A stretch of DNA of 64,000 nucleotides from a bacterium (GCA_031362565.1 JANLSU010000070.1:1-64000); one strand, 5' to 3'. Shown: positions 49,474 to 60,786, numbered from the stretch's first letter. Notes: generated by a model from the letters alone, not told the origin. Numbers and translations are program-made.

Positions 49474-50508
49474 TCAGCGCACAAGAAGCATTTTGGCGGA
49501 GAATGTCCGGTTGGCGTAGTCGAGCCGCGCGAAATAAACCCCGCTCGCGACCGGCGTACCGGTCTCGGCGCGGCCGTCCCACGCCAACCGCAGCAGGCGC
49601 GATCCGGGGGTCTGCGCGTACAGGTGGCGGACTTCGCGGCCCTGCGCATCGAAAACCCGAACGGTCGCCGGCAGCGCCGGCGCCGCCTCGAAGTCGACGC
49701 GAATCTCGGTCGAGGGGTTGAACGGATTCGGCGCCGCCGTCAGGCGCGCCACGACTCCGGTGGCGCGCATTTCGCAGAGCCCGCGGACGAAGGCTTCGAG
49801 TCCCTCGACATCGCCCGGCAGGGCAAGGTCCTCGTTCTCGATGCTGCCGCTGTAGTTGGCGCGCGTACCGCCGAACAGATAGCGGAAGTCTTCGGCAAAG
49901 ATCTCGTGCGGACGGTTCTTGTGCACGCCGGCCGCCGCGTAGGTGCGAGTGTCGGCGATCCCGCGGCGGGTCGCATAGTCGTGCCATAGCGGCGCATCGC
50001 GATCCGACATCCAGCGATACTGATACACGTGTCCGACTTCGTGGGTGATGGTGAAGTGCACCGCGTAGTCGCTCACCTCGCGCACGCCGGGCGACAGGAA
50101 GACCATGCCTTCGCGGGCGGAACTGTCGAGGATGCTGCGGCGCGGATAGGGCAGAACGAAGACCTCGACTTGCAGATCGGCGTTGGTAAGACGGATGGCG
50201 CCGATCGCGGCCGCCACAGCCTCCACCGACATCGGATGGAAGGCGCCGTCACCGTGGTTCGGGAGGACCGGGTCGCCGGCACTCGTCACCAGGTCGTACT
50301 GCAGGCCGGAATCGACCACGAGCCGCGCCGCGCTGCCGTTGCGGACGATGCTGGACGCCAACAGATCCTCGGGCCGGTGGATCGTGGCGTCGATGCCGTT
50401 GTCGAAATGCACATGGAGCGGCGCTGCTCCCGCACGCGGCGCCAGGCCGCAAGCGAGGAACACCAAAGCCAATCGGCGAGCGCACGCGCCAAGCGAAGAA
50501 AAGTGCAT
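49474..50508 (-). CDS. Secreted zinc metallopeptidase-like protein with FlgD-Ig sorting domain
   Basis: Signal peptide, HEVGH + EIFAEDF, APNPFNPST..FDAQGREVR..WDGR..ASGVYF..KMLLVR. Confidence 0.8.
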   Translation of the reverse strand: MHFSSLGACARRLALVFLACGLAPRAGAAPLHVHFDNGIDATIHRPEDLLASSIVRNGSAARLVVDSGLQYDLVTSAGDPVLPNHGDGAFHPMSVEAVAAAIGAIRLTNADLQVEVFVLPYPRRSILDSSAREGMVFLSPGVREVSDYAVHFTITHEVGHVYQYRWMSDRDAPLWHDYATRRGIADTRTYAAAGVHKNRPHEIFAEDFRYLFGGTRANYSGSIENEDLALPGDVEGLEAFVRGLCEMRATGVVARLTAAPNPFNPSTEIRVDFEAAPALPATVRVFDAQGREVRHLYAQTPGSRLLRLAWDGRAETGTPVASGVYFARLDYANRTFSAKMLLVR

Positions 50509-50833
50509 GGGATTTTTCGCGACGAATCGAACCAGGCGCCACGGCAGCCGCGGGTGACGCGGGGCGGAGCGGCCTCAGAAGCAGCAGTCGGGCGGATTTA
50601 GTGGCGGCCGGGAGAGCCACCGGAGACAAAGACGTCTTCCGCAAGCGACATGCCTTCCATACAGGCCGGTTGGGACCCTTTTCGGGCCCCGGCCCTGCAC
50701 TGGAACTGACTTTATACCAATAGCTTGCGTGGATTGGCCTGGGGCGCGATCAAACTCGGTGGGCCGGGGCCCCCGTGAAAGGGCGCCTTTTGACGCAGCC
50801 GCCCTTGGATTCGGCGCGGCGAACGCCCCATCT

Positions 50834-51979
50834 TTAGCCGCCGGCGACGGTGGGTACCGCGGCCACGGCCTCGGGCCGGCCGCTCCAGCGCCACAGCACG
50901 AGGGCCCCAAGCCCACCGGCCACGGCAGCAACCTCGACCGCGATGTCGGCGGCCTCGAAGCCCACCGCCCAGCGGCCTTCGGGTGACAGGATGCGCAGCA
51001 GGTCGCCGCAAAGTTCGGGAATGCGCAGGCACACGAGGCCCAGCACGACGCTCGACCACACCGCGCGGCGCGAGCCGGTCGCCGGCCGCGCCTGGCGCAG
51101 CCAGCGCGCCGCGCGCACGCCGACGAGCGCCGCACCGACTTGCATCGCGACCACGACGGTCAGCAACGCCGCAATCAGCAGCAAGAGCGCGACGGGCACG
51201 CCGACCAGAGTCAGTGCGAACAGAAAGGCGACGACGATCGTCGTGAACACGCCGCCGGGCAACGTCAGCAAGCCGAGCCCGATACAGGTGAAGGGGGTAG
51301 CGTCGAACGTCGCCCGCGCGTCGTCGAGCCGCGAGGCCAAGAGGGCGCACACCGGCACCGCGAGCAGAATGAGCAGCGCGAGTTTGATGCAATCGGACAG
51401 AAGTTCACCGACCTGGCGGGCCCGCGGCGACGCGAAACGCTGCAGAAACGGGGTCGAAAATACACTCAGACTGACCACGCCACCGCGCACCTCGGAGCCC
51501 GGAGCGCTGTTGGCACGGCCGGCCACGGCCACCGCACCACCGTGAATGTGCGCTGTCGGCCCGACATCGATGTCGCCACCCAACACCACCGCGCCGCCCA
51601 GGATCTCACCGTCGACCCGCAGGTTTCCGCCCACAAGCACCACGTCGCCACGGACGATTTCGTCGGCGTTCACATGGACGTTCTGCCCGACGCGCACGAG
51701 CTCATAGGCAGCGGTCTTGCGATGTGGCAGCGCATCGGGGCGCCCGGCGCCGGTCGCGCCACGGCGCGATCCAGTCTCGGATGCGGGTGCAAGAGAAGTG
51801 TCGGGAGGCCCCGTCGCCGTCTGCACCGAGTCGATGCCCGCTGCAACCGGCGGTTTGGAGGCCGGCTTGTTCGGGCGCGGCTTGTTCTCGTCGAACGCGA
51901 CGGCCCGGCGTGCAACGAGGCATGCCACGAGTACGACGGCTACGAGCACCGCACGTCCGACGCCAGACCGTCGCTGCAC
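50834..51979 (-). CDS. Bactofilin-like beta-helix + multi-TM membrane protein
   Basis: GDVVLVGGNLRVDGEILGGAVVLGG repeats followed by several TM helices; downstream of an ECF sigma. Confidence 0.7.
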   Translation of the reverse strand: MQRRSGVGRAVLVAVVLVACLVARRAVAFDENKPRPNKPASKPPVAAGIDSVQTATGPPDTSLAPASETGSRRGATGAGRPDALPHRKTAAYELVRVGQNVHVNADEIVRGDVVLVGGNLRVDGEILGGAVVLGGDIDVGPTAHIHGGAVAVAGRANSAPGSEVRGGVVSLSVFSTPFLQRFASPRARQVGELLSDCIKLALLILLAVPVCALLASRLDDARATFDATPFTCIGLGLLTLPGGVFTTIVVAFLFALTLVGVPVALLLLIAALLTVVVAMQVGAALVGVRAARWLRQARPATGSRRAVWSSVVLGLVCLRIPELCGDLLRILSPEGRWAVGFEAADIAVEVAAVAGGLGALVLWRWSGRPEAVAAVPTVAGG

Positions 51980-52103
51980 GATTTCGCCCCCGGATCTCGA
52001 GACAGAATCCCAACGCGATGGCCGCGTCGGCGCGGCGCCCGCTTCCCCGATCGAGAATACGCCGGGATGGGGGGCGGGTTGCGCCACAAAAGGTCCGAGT
52101 CGG

Positions 52104-52685
52104 CTACGAGTCGACCCCGAACGACTCACCCTGCAGCATTTCCTTCAGCCCTTCCCGCGCCCGGTGGATCCGTGCCTTCACCGTGCCGAGCGGTATGTCG
52201 AGCGCCTGGGCGATCTCCTCGTAGGTAAGCTGTTGTTGGTGGCGCATCAAGAGAATGACGCGATAGTGCTCCGGCAGTTTGTCGATGGCGGCGCGAATCC
52301 GCGCGTTGACTTCGTTGCGTTCCGAGGCTTCGTCCGGACGCTGGCCCGGGTCTTCGAGTTGGCGGGCAATCGGTCCTTCGTCACCGTCGACCGGCTCGTC
52401 GATGGAGTACATCTTCATGCGTTGCTTGCGGATGTGGTCGATGCACAGGTTGGCGGTGATCTTGTACAGCCAGCTCGAGAAGGCGTACACGGGGTTGTAG
52501 CGGTCGAGGCCCTTGAACGTCTTGACGAAGGCTTCCTGCGATAGGTCGCGCGCCTCTTCGGGGTTGCGCACCATTTTACGGCACAAGTTGTAGACGGAAT
52601 TCTGGTACTTGCGCATGAGCAGGGTGTACGCCATCTGATCGCCGTTTTTGCAGCGTTCGATCAGCAGCAAGTCTTCCTGCTTCAC
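52104..52685 (-). CDS. ECF sigma factor (SigW/RpoE-like)
   Basis: GDQMAY, DLSQEAFVK, FSSWLYKI, LTYEEIA..IPLGTVKARIHRAR. Confidence 0.92.
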   Translation of the reverse strand: MKQEDLLLIERCKNGDQMAYTLLMRKYQNSVYNLCRKMVRNPEEARDLSQEAFVKTFKGLDRYNPVYAFSSWLYKITANLCIDHIRKQRMKMYSIDEPVDGDEGPIARQLEDPGQRPDEASERNEVNARIRAAIDKLPEHYRVILLMRHQQQLTYEEIAQALDIPLGTVKARIHRAREGLKEMLQGESFGVDS

Positions 52686-52769
52686 CCGGCGTTCCCTTGC
52701 GTGCGAGCAAACCCGCAGGCCGGGACGAGGCATGCGGGCACGATCTTGGGCGCGGCGAGCACTTCGACC

Positions 52770-53150
52770 CTAGCGAACGGGCCCATGTCCGGCAAGGGGC
52801 CGCGGTCGCGATGCGGTTGGGGACGGCGGCGCACGGTGACTGTCGGAGCTCGGGTCCTCGTGGGTCGTGCCCCACCGCGCGGCGACGGCGGCGACCAGGC
52901 CACGCAGGGCGAGTTGCAGGGGTCCGATGGCGATCGCCGCCAGCCGTTTCTTGCCCGATTGCCACATCGGACGGGCGAAGAAGCGCCCGGCCACGGCGCC
53001 GGCGAGAACGCCCGCCACCAGCCACGGGGCCGGATTCCGTCGCACCCGCCGCGCCAGCTCATGGTGCGACACCAGACCATCGACCGCACCAATCACACTC
53101 TGTCGACGGGCGCGGATGGCGTTGACGAGTTCGTCGGCTTGTCGCGACAC
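52770..53150 (-). CDS. DUF3618/YqjK-like membrane protein
   Basis: Coiled N-terminus, RRNPAPWLVAGVLAG TM; synteny with holin-like and ElaB-like genes. Confidence 0.55.
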   Translation of the reverse strand: MSRQADELVNAIRARRQSVIGAVDGLVSHHELARRVRRNPAPWLVAGVLAGAVAGRFFARPMWQSGKKRLAAIAIGPLQLALRGLVAAVAARWGTTHEDPSSDSHRAPPSPTASRPRPLAGHGPVR

Positions 53151-53503
53151 GTAATCGCCTCCCACAGCATGGCACGGGTGCGCGGCAACAAGATGGCGCC
53201 CGCTCCCCGCATGAAGCGCCAACCGGCCCACCATGCCGCCGCCGCAATCAGGAGGTACACACCGGCCACGATCGCCGCAGCGCCGGCCGGCGGAACCGAG
53301 CCCGCCAGCCAGAGAAAAAGCGCCACGCCGGCAGCCACCAGAACGAGGCTGCCGGTCGTGACGCCGAATGCGAGCAGAAACAAGGAGGAGAGCAGCCGCT
53401 TCGAGCCCTCGGTCGCCTCGACGCGCGCCAGTAAGGCATGGAGTCGGGCATACTCACGCACTTCGGATCCGACTGCGCGCACGTGTTCGTCGATGAGCGG
53501 CAC
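53093..53503 (-). CDS. Phage-holin-family (YqjE-like) membrane protein
   Basis: Two TM helices, LARVEA, LPRT motif; elaB-yqjE-yqjK-type cluster. Confidence 0.65.
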   Translation of the reverse strand: MPLIDEHVRAVGSEVREYARLHALLARVEATEGSKRLLSSLFLLAFGVTTGSLVLVAAGVALFLWLAGSVPPAGAAAIVAGVYLLIAAAAWWAGWRFMRGAGAILLPRTRAMLWEAITCRDKPTNSSTPSAPVDRV

Positions 53504-53526
53504 CGGCCCTCCCCTACGCGCTTGGT

Positions 53527-53760
53527 TCAGCGGCGGCGGAGCCGCGCCCCAGCCAGGAGCCCAACCGCCGCTCCGATACCAAGGGCATAGAGCAACGTCC
53601 GCACGGGATGCTGCTCGACCTCGTGCGCGACGCGCTCATGGCCGTTGTTCACACCGTCGCGAACGCGATGCTTCGCGGTTTCGATCGTGCTTTGAAGGCG
53701 CGCACCCGCGGTGCGATGCGGCGTTTCGGTTGTCCCAAACGTTTCTGGCGTTGTTTCCAT
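53527..53760 (-). CDS. DUF883/ElaB/YqjD-like tail-anchored protein
   Basis: GAGGAG upstream; VEQHPVRTLLYALGIGAAVGLLAG..RRR C-terminal anchor. Confidence 0.7.
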   Translation of the reverse strand: METTPETFGTTETPHRTAGARLQSTIETAKHRVRDGVNNGHERVAHEVEQHPVRTLLYALGIGAAVGLLAGARLRRR

Positions 53761-53779
53761 GACCTTTTCACTCCTCTGA

Positions 53780-55297
<1,518 letters not shown>

Positions 55298-55446
55298 TCG
55301 CGGCGGGCGAACGGCTCCGGCACAGCGGATCGTCGCGCCACCCATGCCCAGAGCCACGGTGCCGCGCGTTGACACTCGAACGCGGCAGGCGGTAGCGTGC
55401 CGTTCGGGACGCGGTTCCGGTTCGGGATCGCTGGGAGGGTGCGGGG

Positions 55447-55983
55447 ATGCAGACGACCGACGACGTGACGTTGCCGGGACGCTCACGCCTGGTCGAAATG
55501 GCGCGCGCGGTCACCCCGCCACGCTTCCTTCGCCTCTATGAAGAACGGGCCACGTTCCGGCGCCGCGTGCAACGCGCCGTGACCTGGTCGTTCGTGCCGG
55601 TGCTCGTGTGGGCCTTCGTGTTCGCGGACGGCGGGCTCTTCTCCATCGTCGCGCGGCGCGTGCACCTCTGGCAGTTGGAGCGCCAGGTCGTGCGTCTGGA
55701 AGCACGCCAGGCCGTCCTCCTGCAAGCCATCGAACATCGCGAATCGGACCCCGTCGTACTCGAACGGCTGGCGCGCGAGCGATACGGAATGGCGCTCCCC
55801 GGCGAGACGGTCTATCGGATCGTCGAGATCACACCCGAGAAGGGCCGCGCGATTGCGCGCGAGCAGCGTAAGCTGGCGAAGGCGGCGGGTGCGGCCGAGG
55901 CGGCGGACAAAGCCCCAGTCACCAAAAAGCGTGAGGCGCGCCACCACGGTGACGCGCCACCTCCCACGCTCCGACGACGGTGA
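55447..55983 (+). CDS. Septum formation initiator (FtsB/DivIC family)
   Basis: TM + coiled coil, LERLARERYGMALPGETVY; follows eno. Confidence 0.8.
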   Translation: MQTTDDVTLPGRSRLVEMARAVTPPRFLRLYEERATFRRRVQRAVTWSFVPVLVWAFVFADGGLFSIVARRVHLWQLERQVVRLEARQAVLLQAIEHRESDPVVLERLARERYGMALPGETVYRIVEITPEKGRAIAREQRKLAKAAGAAEAADKAPVTKKREARHHGDAPPPTLRRR

Positions 55984-56000
55984 AACTCTGCGGGCCGCGA

Positions 56001-56351
56001 TCAGACACTGCGGCCGCGAATCAATGCGAGCAGACGGAACCAGGCCGACCCGATGGTCGAGTTCGTGGCGTCCGTGGCGCCTGCCGACCACGTGGGCGGA
56101 ATGCGCGGCCCGGGAGGACCTTTGGGCAGCGTCGGCAGCGGAATCACGTCGCCGCCACGGTTGCTTGGCGCCGGCGCCTGCACGCTCCCCAGCGGCGCAC
56201 TGGGAATCTCCAGGCTCGGCGAGCGACGTTGATCGAGCGATCCCTCCTCGCCTTGGGCAACGGACGCGAACCCTCCCAGCACCACGAGTGCGAGGGCCAA
56301 AGTCATCGTCCAGCGAGTGATCGGGCTTGCGGTGCGGTGTTCGCGCAACAT
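56001..56351 (-). CDS. Small secreted Pro-rich protein (116 aa)
   Basis: GAGGTG RBS; signal peptide ..TLALALVVLGGFASVAQG; Pro-rich core; amphipathic SAWFRLLALIRGRSV end. Confidence 0.55.
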   Translation of the reverse strand: MLREHRTASPITRWTMTLALALVVLGGFASVAQGEEGSLDQRRSPSLEIPSAPLGSVQAPAPSNRGGDVIPLPTLPKGPPGPRIPPTWSAGATDATNSTIGSAWFRLLALIRGRSV

Positions 56352-56650
56352 CTCTCTCACCTCTCTCGTCGACATCGTCGACGTGCGTCGGGTTTGTCTC
56401 TGGGCTCCGGGCGTCGGGGGGCGGCTGACCGGGCCCGGGGGGTGTGGGCCCCGGTCGCCACCTTCCGTCTCGCATCCCGCCGGTGTCCTGGCCGGCGGTA
56501 AGCCTCGTGATGAAGTGTTAAAGCAGGTGCCGGGCCGCTCCGGCATGTGCCCGCAATCAACTGCAATAAATGAGATTAACTTTTGAATCCCGGCGGAGAC
56601 CGCGGCCCGCCTCTGCAAGGATTGCGGGTGACGCGCAGGAGCTGCACATG

Positions 56651-56682
56651 AAAACGCCCGCCGGGGCATGGGCCGGCGGGCG
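56651..56682 (-). terminator. Terminator of the metallophosphoesterase gene
   Basis: 10-bp stem CGCCCGCCGG/CCGGCGGGCG followed by TTTT on the minus strand. Confidence 0.65.
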
Positions 56683-56717
56683 AGCGCGCTCCAACAAAGA
56701 CTTCGGGGGTCACCGCG

Positions 56718-58001
56718 TCATTGGGAGGAGCGCTGCGTGAGGTGCGTTTTCGTAATCGTGACTTCGTCGACGGGTTGGTCGCCGTCGCTCGTCCGGGTGC
56801 GGATCGAGCAGCGCCCACCATCGACATCGACCAGGGTCCAAAGCACCGTTTCATCGCGAAAGAATGCCGTCGGGCCGCAGCGGCGCGTCGGTTGCCCGGA
56901 CTTCACCTTGGACCCGGCACCGCTCACGATGTAGATCGTGCCCTTCGGGTCGACATAGTTCGGGTCCTCCGACGTATCGACCGGTTTGCCGTCGCGAATC
57001 GGATACAGCCGTTCGTACGTGTGGGCGTGGCCGTTGAAGACCACATCGACGTTGTAGCGATCGAACACCGGCAGCAGCCGTTCCACTACCTTGGCGGTAT
57101 CGCCTTTGTAGGTGCAGGTCAGGCCGGGGTGGTGGAAGTAGACGAACGTCCAGTCGGCGCCGCGATGCGACTGCAAATCCTCTTCGAGCCAGCGGACTTG
57201 GTTGTCGACGTCGTAGATTTCCGAATCGCGCGTGTCGAGCGCGATGAAGTGTGCCGTGCCCCAGTCGTAGGAATAGTAGTGCTCGTTGTTGGGCAGGTAC
57301 CACTCGCTGCGGAAGTTCTCGTTCGGGTCCACATGCCAATCGTGGTTGCCGAGCGCCGGCCAGACCGGGATCCGGCACAGAAGGCCCTTCCACGGCAGCA
57401 TCAGATTGACGTCATAGTCTTCGGAACGCCCATCGTCGTAGACGACGTCGCCGCAAATGAGTCCCAGCTCGGGGTGCGGTGTGGCGCGCAGGATCGAGGC
57501 AGCGGTCTTGGCGTGCTCGCCGTCGGGATCCCCGACGTCGCCGGTGACGAAAAAGGTGAACCGGCCGTCTTTGCGCCCGGCGTCCGTTTGAAAGGTGAAT
57601 TCCGGGCCTTCGGCCAGGGTGGTTTCACCGGATCGCACCCGGTAAAAATAGGTCGCACCGGGTGCGAGGCCGCGCAGCACCGCCACGCGCCGGGCACCGT
57701 CGGACGTCGCGGTGGCGGTGGCGCCAAAGGACGGGCTCGTGCCGTAGTCGACAGCCGGAACTCCGTCGGCGGTCGCAATCCACGCCACGAGCACCGAGTC
57801 GGTCGCGAGTCCCTGCAGGTACGGCATGCGGAGCACGCCTGCGGGCAACGGCGCGAAGACTTCTTGGGACTGCTTCTTGTTTTTCTTTTTCTTGCGCTTC
57901 GGCCTCTCGTCCTCGTCTTCCTTAGCCGCAAAAGCCACGGTTGTGAGGAGAGAGACCGCGAACGCGGCCAACAAGAAACGTTTCCAGGTGTGGTGCGACA
58001 C
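56718..58001 (-). CDS. Secreted purple-acid-phosphatase-family metallophosphoesterase
   Basis: Fn3-like N-domain (GLAPGATYFYRV), GDVG, GDVVY, GNHD, FHHP, GHAHTYER. Confidence 0.88.
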   Translation of the reverse strand: MSHHTWKRFLLAAFAVSLLTTVAFAAKEDEDERPKRKKKKNKKQSQEVFAPLPAGVLRMPYLQGLATDSVLVAWIATADGVPAVDYGTSPSFGATATATSDGARRVAVLRGLAPGATYFYRVRSGETTLAEGPEFTFQTDAGRKDGRFTFFVTGDVGDPDGEHAKTAASILRATPHPELGLICGDVVYDDGRSEDYDVNLMLPWKGLLCRIPVWPALGNHDWHVDPNENFRSEWYLPNNEHYYSYDWGTAHFIALDTRDSEIYDVDNQVRWLEEDLQSHRGADWTFVYFHHPGLTCTYKGDTAKVVERLLPVFDRYNVDVVFNGHAHTYERLYPIRDGKPVDTSEDPNYVDPKGTIYIVSGAGSKVKSGQPTRRCGPTAFFRDETVLWTLVDVDGGRCSIRTRTSDGDQPVDEVTITKTHLTQRSSQ

Positions 58002-58333
58002 GCGTGCTGAACCACCTGTGTTGCGCCCTTGGCGGTGCACCGGCACCGCGCGAGGGCTTTCGACTCCGCCGACGACGGGCGCCTCGTTGGCGCCCGATCC
58101 CGTTCGCGTCGCCGCCTGCTGCCTCTCGGCTCGGCCGCAACCCAACTCGGGGAAGGGGCCTCTGCTCAAGCTGTTGCGACGGCGACGCGTCCGTCAACAA
58201 GAAGGTAGCGCGGGGGGCGTGCGAAGGTGTCACGCGCGAGTCGGAGGTCTGTACCAGGTGTGTAAAAGATGCGCCGGGCAGCCGGGACGTGAGCCGGCGG
58301 CGCCGAGCGCCGCGGTCCGCCCACCGTCCTTGC

Positions 58334-58549
58334 TCAATCGAGCAGGCGGTGCCACCAGCCCCAGATGCGCTTGCGCATGGCCGGCATATCCGGAGCCTCG
58401 AGCATCACCATGTCTTCGTGCGACCAGCCGCGTGGTAATGCGACCAGAGCGTCAGTGGCGATTTGACGGATCTCGAACCCCAGATAGAAATCGACGACCT
58501 GGGGCGGCGTCTGTGACTTTGCGGCGGCGATCACGGCGTCCTCCTCCAA
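58334..58549 (-). CDS. Small hypothetical protein (71 aa, TTG start)
   Basis: GGGAGACAGGA upstream; protein-like sequence LEEDAVIAAAK..IWGWWHRLLD. Confidence 0.45.
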   Translation of the reverse strand: MEEDAVIAAAKSQTPPQVVDFYLGFEIRQIATDALVALPRGWSHEDMVMLEAPDMPAMRKRIWGWWHRLLD

Positions 58550-58743
58550 GGTTCCTGTCTCCCTACCTAGCACCCTTCGCACCCTCAAACGAATACGGTA
58601 CCGCGCTTGTTCCCGCAAGTTGCGGCCCGCGCCAAGAAGGGCTAGCGAGAACCCGATTGCGTTCCCCGGATGGTCGTCCGCACGCCAGTACGGACGCCGT
58701 CCACACGTGGCTCGGAGCTGCAAAATGCCATCGTTGTGGGGGG

Positions 58744-58773
58744 TTGACGCGCTGTCTTGGGTTCCCGTACGTT
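58744..58773 (+). promoter_or_regulatory. Sigma-70-type promoter of the tRNA
   Basis: TTGACG-18 nt-TACGTT just upstream of the tRNA. Confidence 0.5.
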
Positions 58774-58787
58774 CGGCTTCGCTTTGT

Positions 58788-58864
<77 letters not shown>

Positions 58865-59030
58865 AATTTTCAGAGATGGCCTCGGCAGCCTGGTAGGCAC
58901 TCGACCTGCACGGCTTCCGGGGCCATTTCGTTATCCCGTCCTTGCGCTCCGAAAAGTGTCGCGGGAAAACCCGGCTGGTGAGCGCCGCGCTTCCTCCGCG
59001 ATGCCGATGAGACCCACCTGATCCTCGACC

Positions 59031-59059
59031 TTGACACCATGTCGAATCTGACATAATAT
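59031..59059 (+). promoter_or_regulatory. Toxin-antitoxin promoter with palindromic operator
   Basis: TTGACA-17 nt-TAATAT; inverted repeat ATGTC-N6-GACAT (59039-59054) in the spacer. Confidence 0.75.
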
Positions 59060-59065
59060 TTGCTT

Positions 59066-59408
59066 ATGGGTGGCGAGGAAAAGGTGCTCGTGTGGCTGCG
59101 AGGGGAAGTCAAAACTCCCCCGTTCTCAAAGGAGGCACGCCTGCAAGCGGGCTTTCTGTTGCGGTTGCTACAGCGAGGCGAGAGACCGGCAATGCCACCT
59201 TCCAGGCCGATGCCTACGATCGGGCCGCGCTGTCACGAACTCAGGATCAGGGACCGGGACCACGACTGGCGAATCGTTTACAGAATCGACCGTGACGCGA
59301 TCGTCATCGCCGAGGTGTTCGAGAAAAAAATCGCCGAAAACACCGCAGCGCGTGATTGATGACGCAAAGCAACGGCTGGCGAGATACGACACCGACAGTA
59401 GAGAGTAG
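59066..59408 (+). pseudogene. RelE/HigB (Gp49-like) toxin, frameshifted at an A7 run
   Basis: KTPPFSKEARLQAGFLLRLLQRG..CHELRIRD..WRIVYRID..EVFEKK; the expected tail SPKTPQRVIDDAKQRLARY continues in another frame after A7 at 59324-59330. Confidence 0.8.
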
Positions 59409-59417
59409 AATGTGATC

Positions 59418-59741
59418 ATGAAGCAAGAGAAGCGCAAGAGGCTAACGCAAAGAGGATGGGAAGTCGGTAATGCCAAGGACTTCCTCGGACTGTCCGAGGA
59501 CGAGGCGCTGTTTCTGGAGCTCAAACTTGCACTGTCGCTTTTCCTGCGCCAGCGGCGCATGCGGCAGCATCTTACCCAGGAACAACTAGCCCAGCTGCTG
59601 AAATCAAGTCAGTCTCGTATCGCGAAGATGGAGGCTGGTGATCCGTCAGTGACCATCGACTTGCTCATGCGGGCCTTGCTCCAGCTCGGAACGACGAAGA
59701 AGGAGATCGCGAAGGCGATCTTGGAGCGTCAAGCCGCCTGA
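59418..59741 (+). CDS. XRE-family HTH antitoxin (HigA-like)
   Basis: GWEVGNAKDFLGLS, LTQEQLAQLLKSSQSRIAKMEAGDPSVTIDLL. Confidence 0.88.
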   Translation: MKQEKRKRLTQRGWEVGNAKDFLGLSEDEALFLELKLALSLFLRQRRMRQHLTQEQLAQLLKSSQSRIAKMEAGDPSVTIDLLMRALLQLGTTKKEIAKAILERQAA

Positions 59742-59790
59742 CCAGGACCTCGCGGGCGGATGATGATGCGGCGGTGGAGGCTGCGGCAAC

Positions 59791-60786
59791 GTGCGTGCGT
59801 ACTATTCCGATCGATACGTGCTGGCGCTGCCGCGGGCGCACGCTTTTCCGATGCAGAAATACGCTGCGCTGCGCGATCGCCTCGTCGCCGAAGGAACACT
59901 GCGCGCCACCGACGTGACCGAGCCGGCGCCTGTCGGCCGCGACACGATTCTGCTCGCCCACACGGCCGACTATCACGATCGCTTCGTCGCCGGACAACTG
60001 ACGCGCCCCGAACAACTGCGCTTAGGCGTGCCGTGGTCCGAGACACTCGTTGGGCGGGCCCGGGTGTCGGTCGGCGGCACGTTGGCGGCGGCGCATGCAG
60101 CGCTCGAGAACGGCGTGGCCGCCAACTTGGGTGGCGGAACGCATCATGCGTTCGCGGATCATGGCGAAGGCTTTTGCGTCTTCAACGATATCGCAATTGC
60201 CATTCGCGCCCTGCGCGCCACCGGACGGATTGGTTGCGCTGCGGTCGTCGACTGCGACGTGCACCACGGCAATGGCACGGCGGCGATCTTCGCGGCGGAC
60301 CCCGCGACATACACGTTGTCGCTGCATTCGGCACGCAACTATCCGGCGCTCAAACCACCCAGCACGGTCGACGTCGCGTTCCCCGACCGGACCGGGGATG
60401 CGGCGTATCTCACCGCGCTCGAACGTGAACTCACCCGCCTCTTCGCGGCATTTGCGCCCGACATCGTGTTCTATCAAGCGGGCGTCGATCCGTACCACGA
60501 CGATCGATTGGGGCGTCTCGCGCTCACCCTGGATGGACTGCGGAGCCGGGACGAGCTCGTCTTGAGTGCGTGTTGGCGGCGCGGCATCCCCTGTGTGATC
60601 ACCCTCGGCGGCGGGTATGCCCGCGACGTCAACGACACGGTCGAGGCACACTGCAACACGTTGCGCGCTGCGAGTGCTCTCGCGCTTGCAGCGTCCGGAC
60701 GCGGCACTGCAGCGCATTCAGCGACGAGCGTCGAGCCGAACCCTGTTCCGCTCCCGGACGGCATACAATCGTCCTGGGGTCCGTAG
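59791..60786 (+). CDS. Histone deacetylase family protein
   Basis: HAFPMQKY, GGGTHHA, GFCVFND, DCDVHHGNGT, AGVD, GGGY. Confidence 0.92.
   Translation: MRAYYSDRYVLALPRAHAFPMQKYAALRDRLVAEGTLRATDVTEPAPVGRDTILLAHTADYHDRFVAGQLTRPEQLRLGVPWSETLVGRARVSVGGTLAAAHAALENGVAANLGGGTHHAFADHGEGFCVFNDIAIAIRALRATGRIGCAAVVDCDVHHGNGTAAIFAADPATYTLSLHSARNYPALKPPSTVDVAFPDRTGDAAYLTALERELTRLFAAFAPDIVFYQAGVDPYHDDRLGRLALTLDGLRSRDELVLSACWRRGIPCVITLGGGYARDVNDTVEAHCNTLRAASALALAASGRGTAAHSATSVEPNPVPLPDGIQSSWGP

Noticed and set aside
53093..53503. Prophage, suggested by a 'phage holin family' protein
   Set aside because: Part of the chromosomal elaB/yqjE/yqjK-like cluster; no phage genes nearby.
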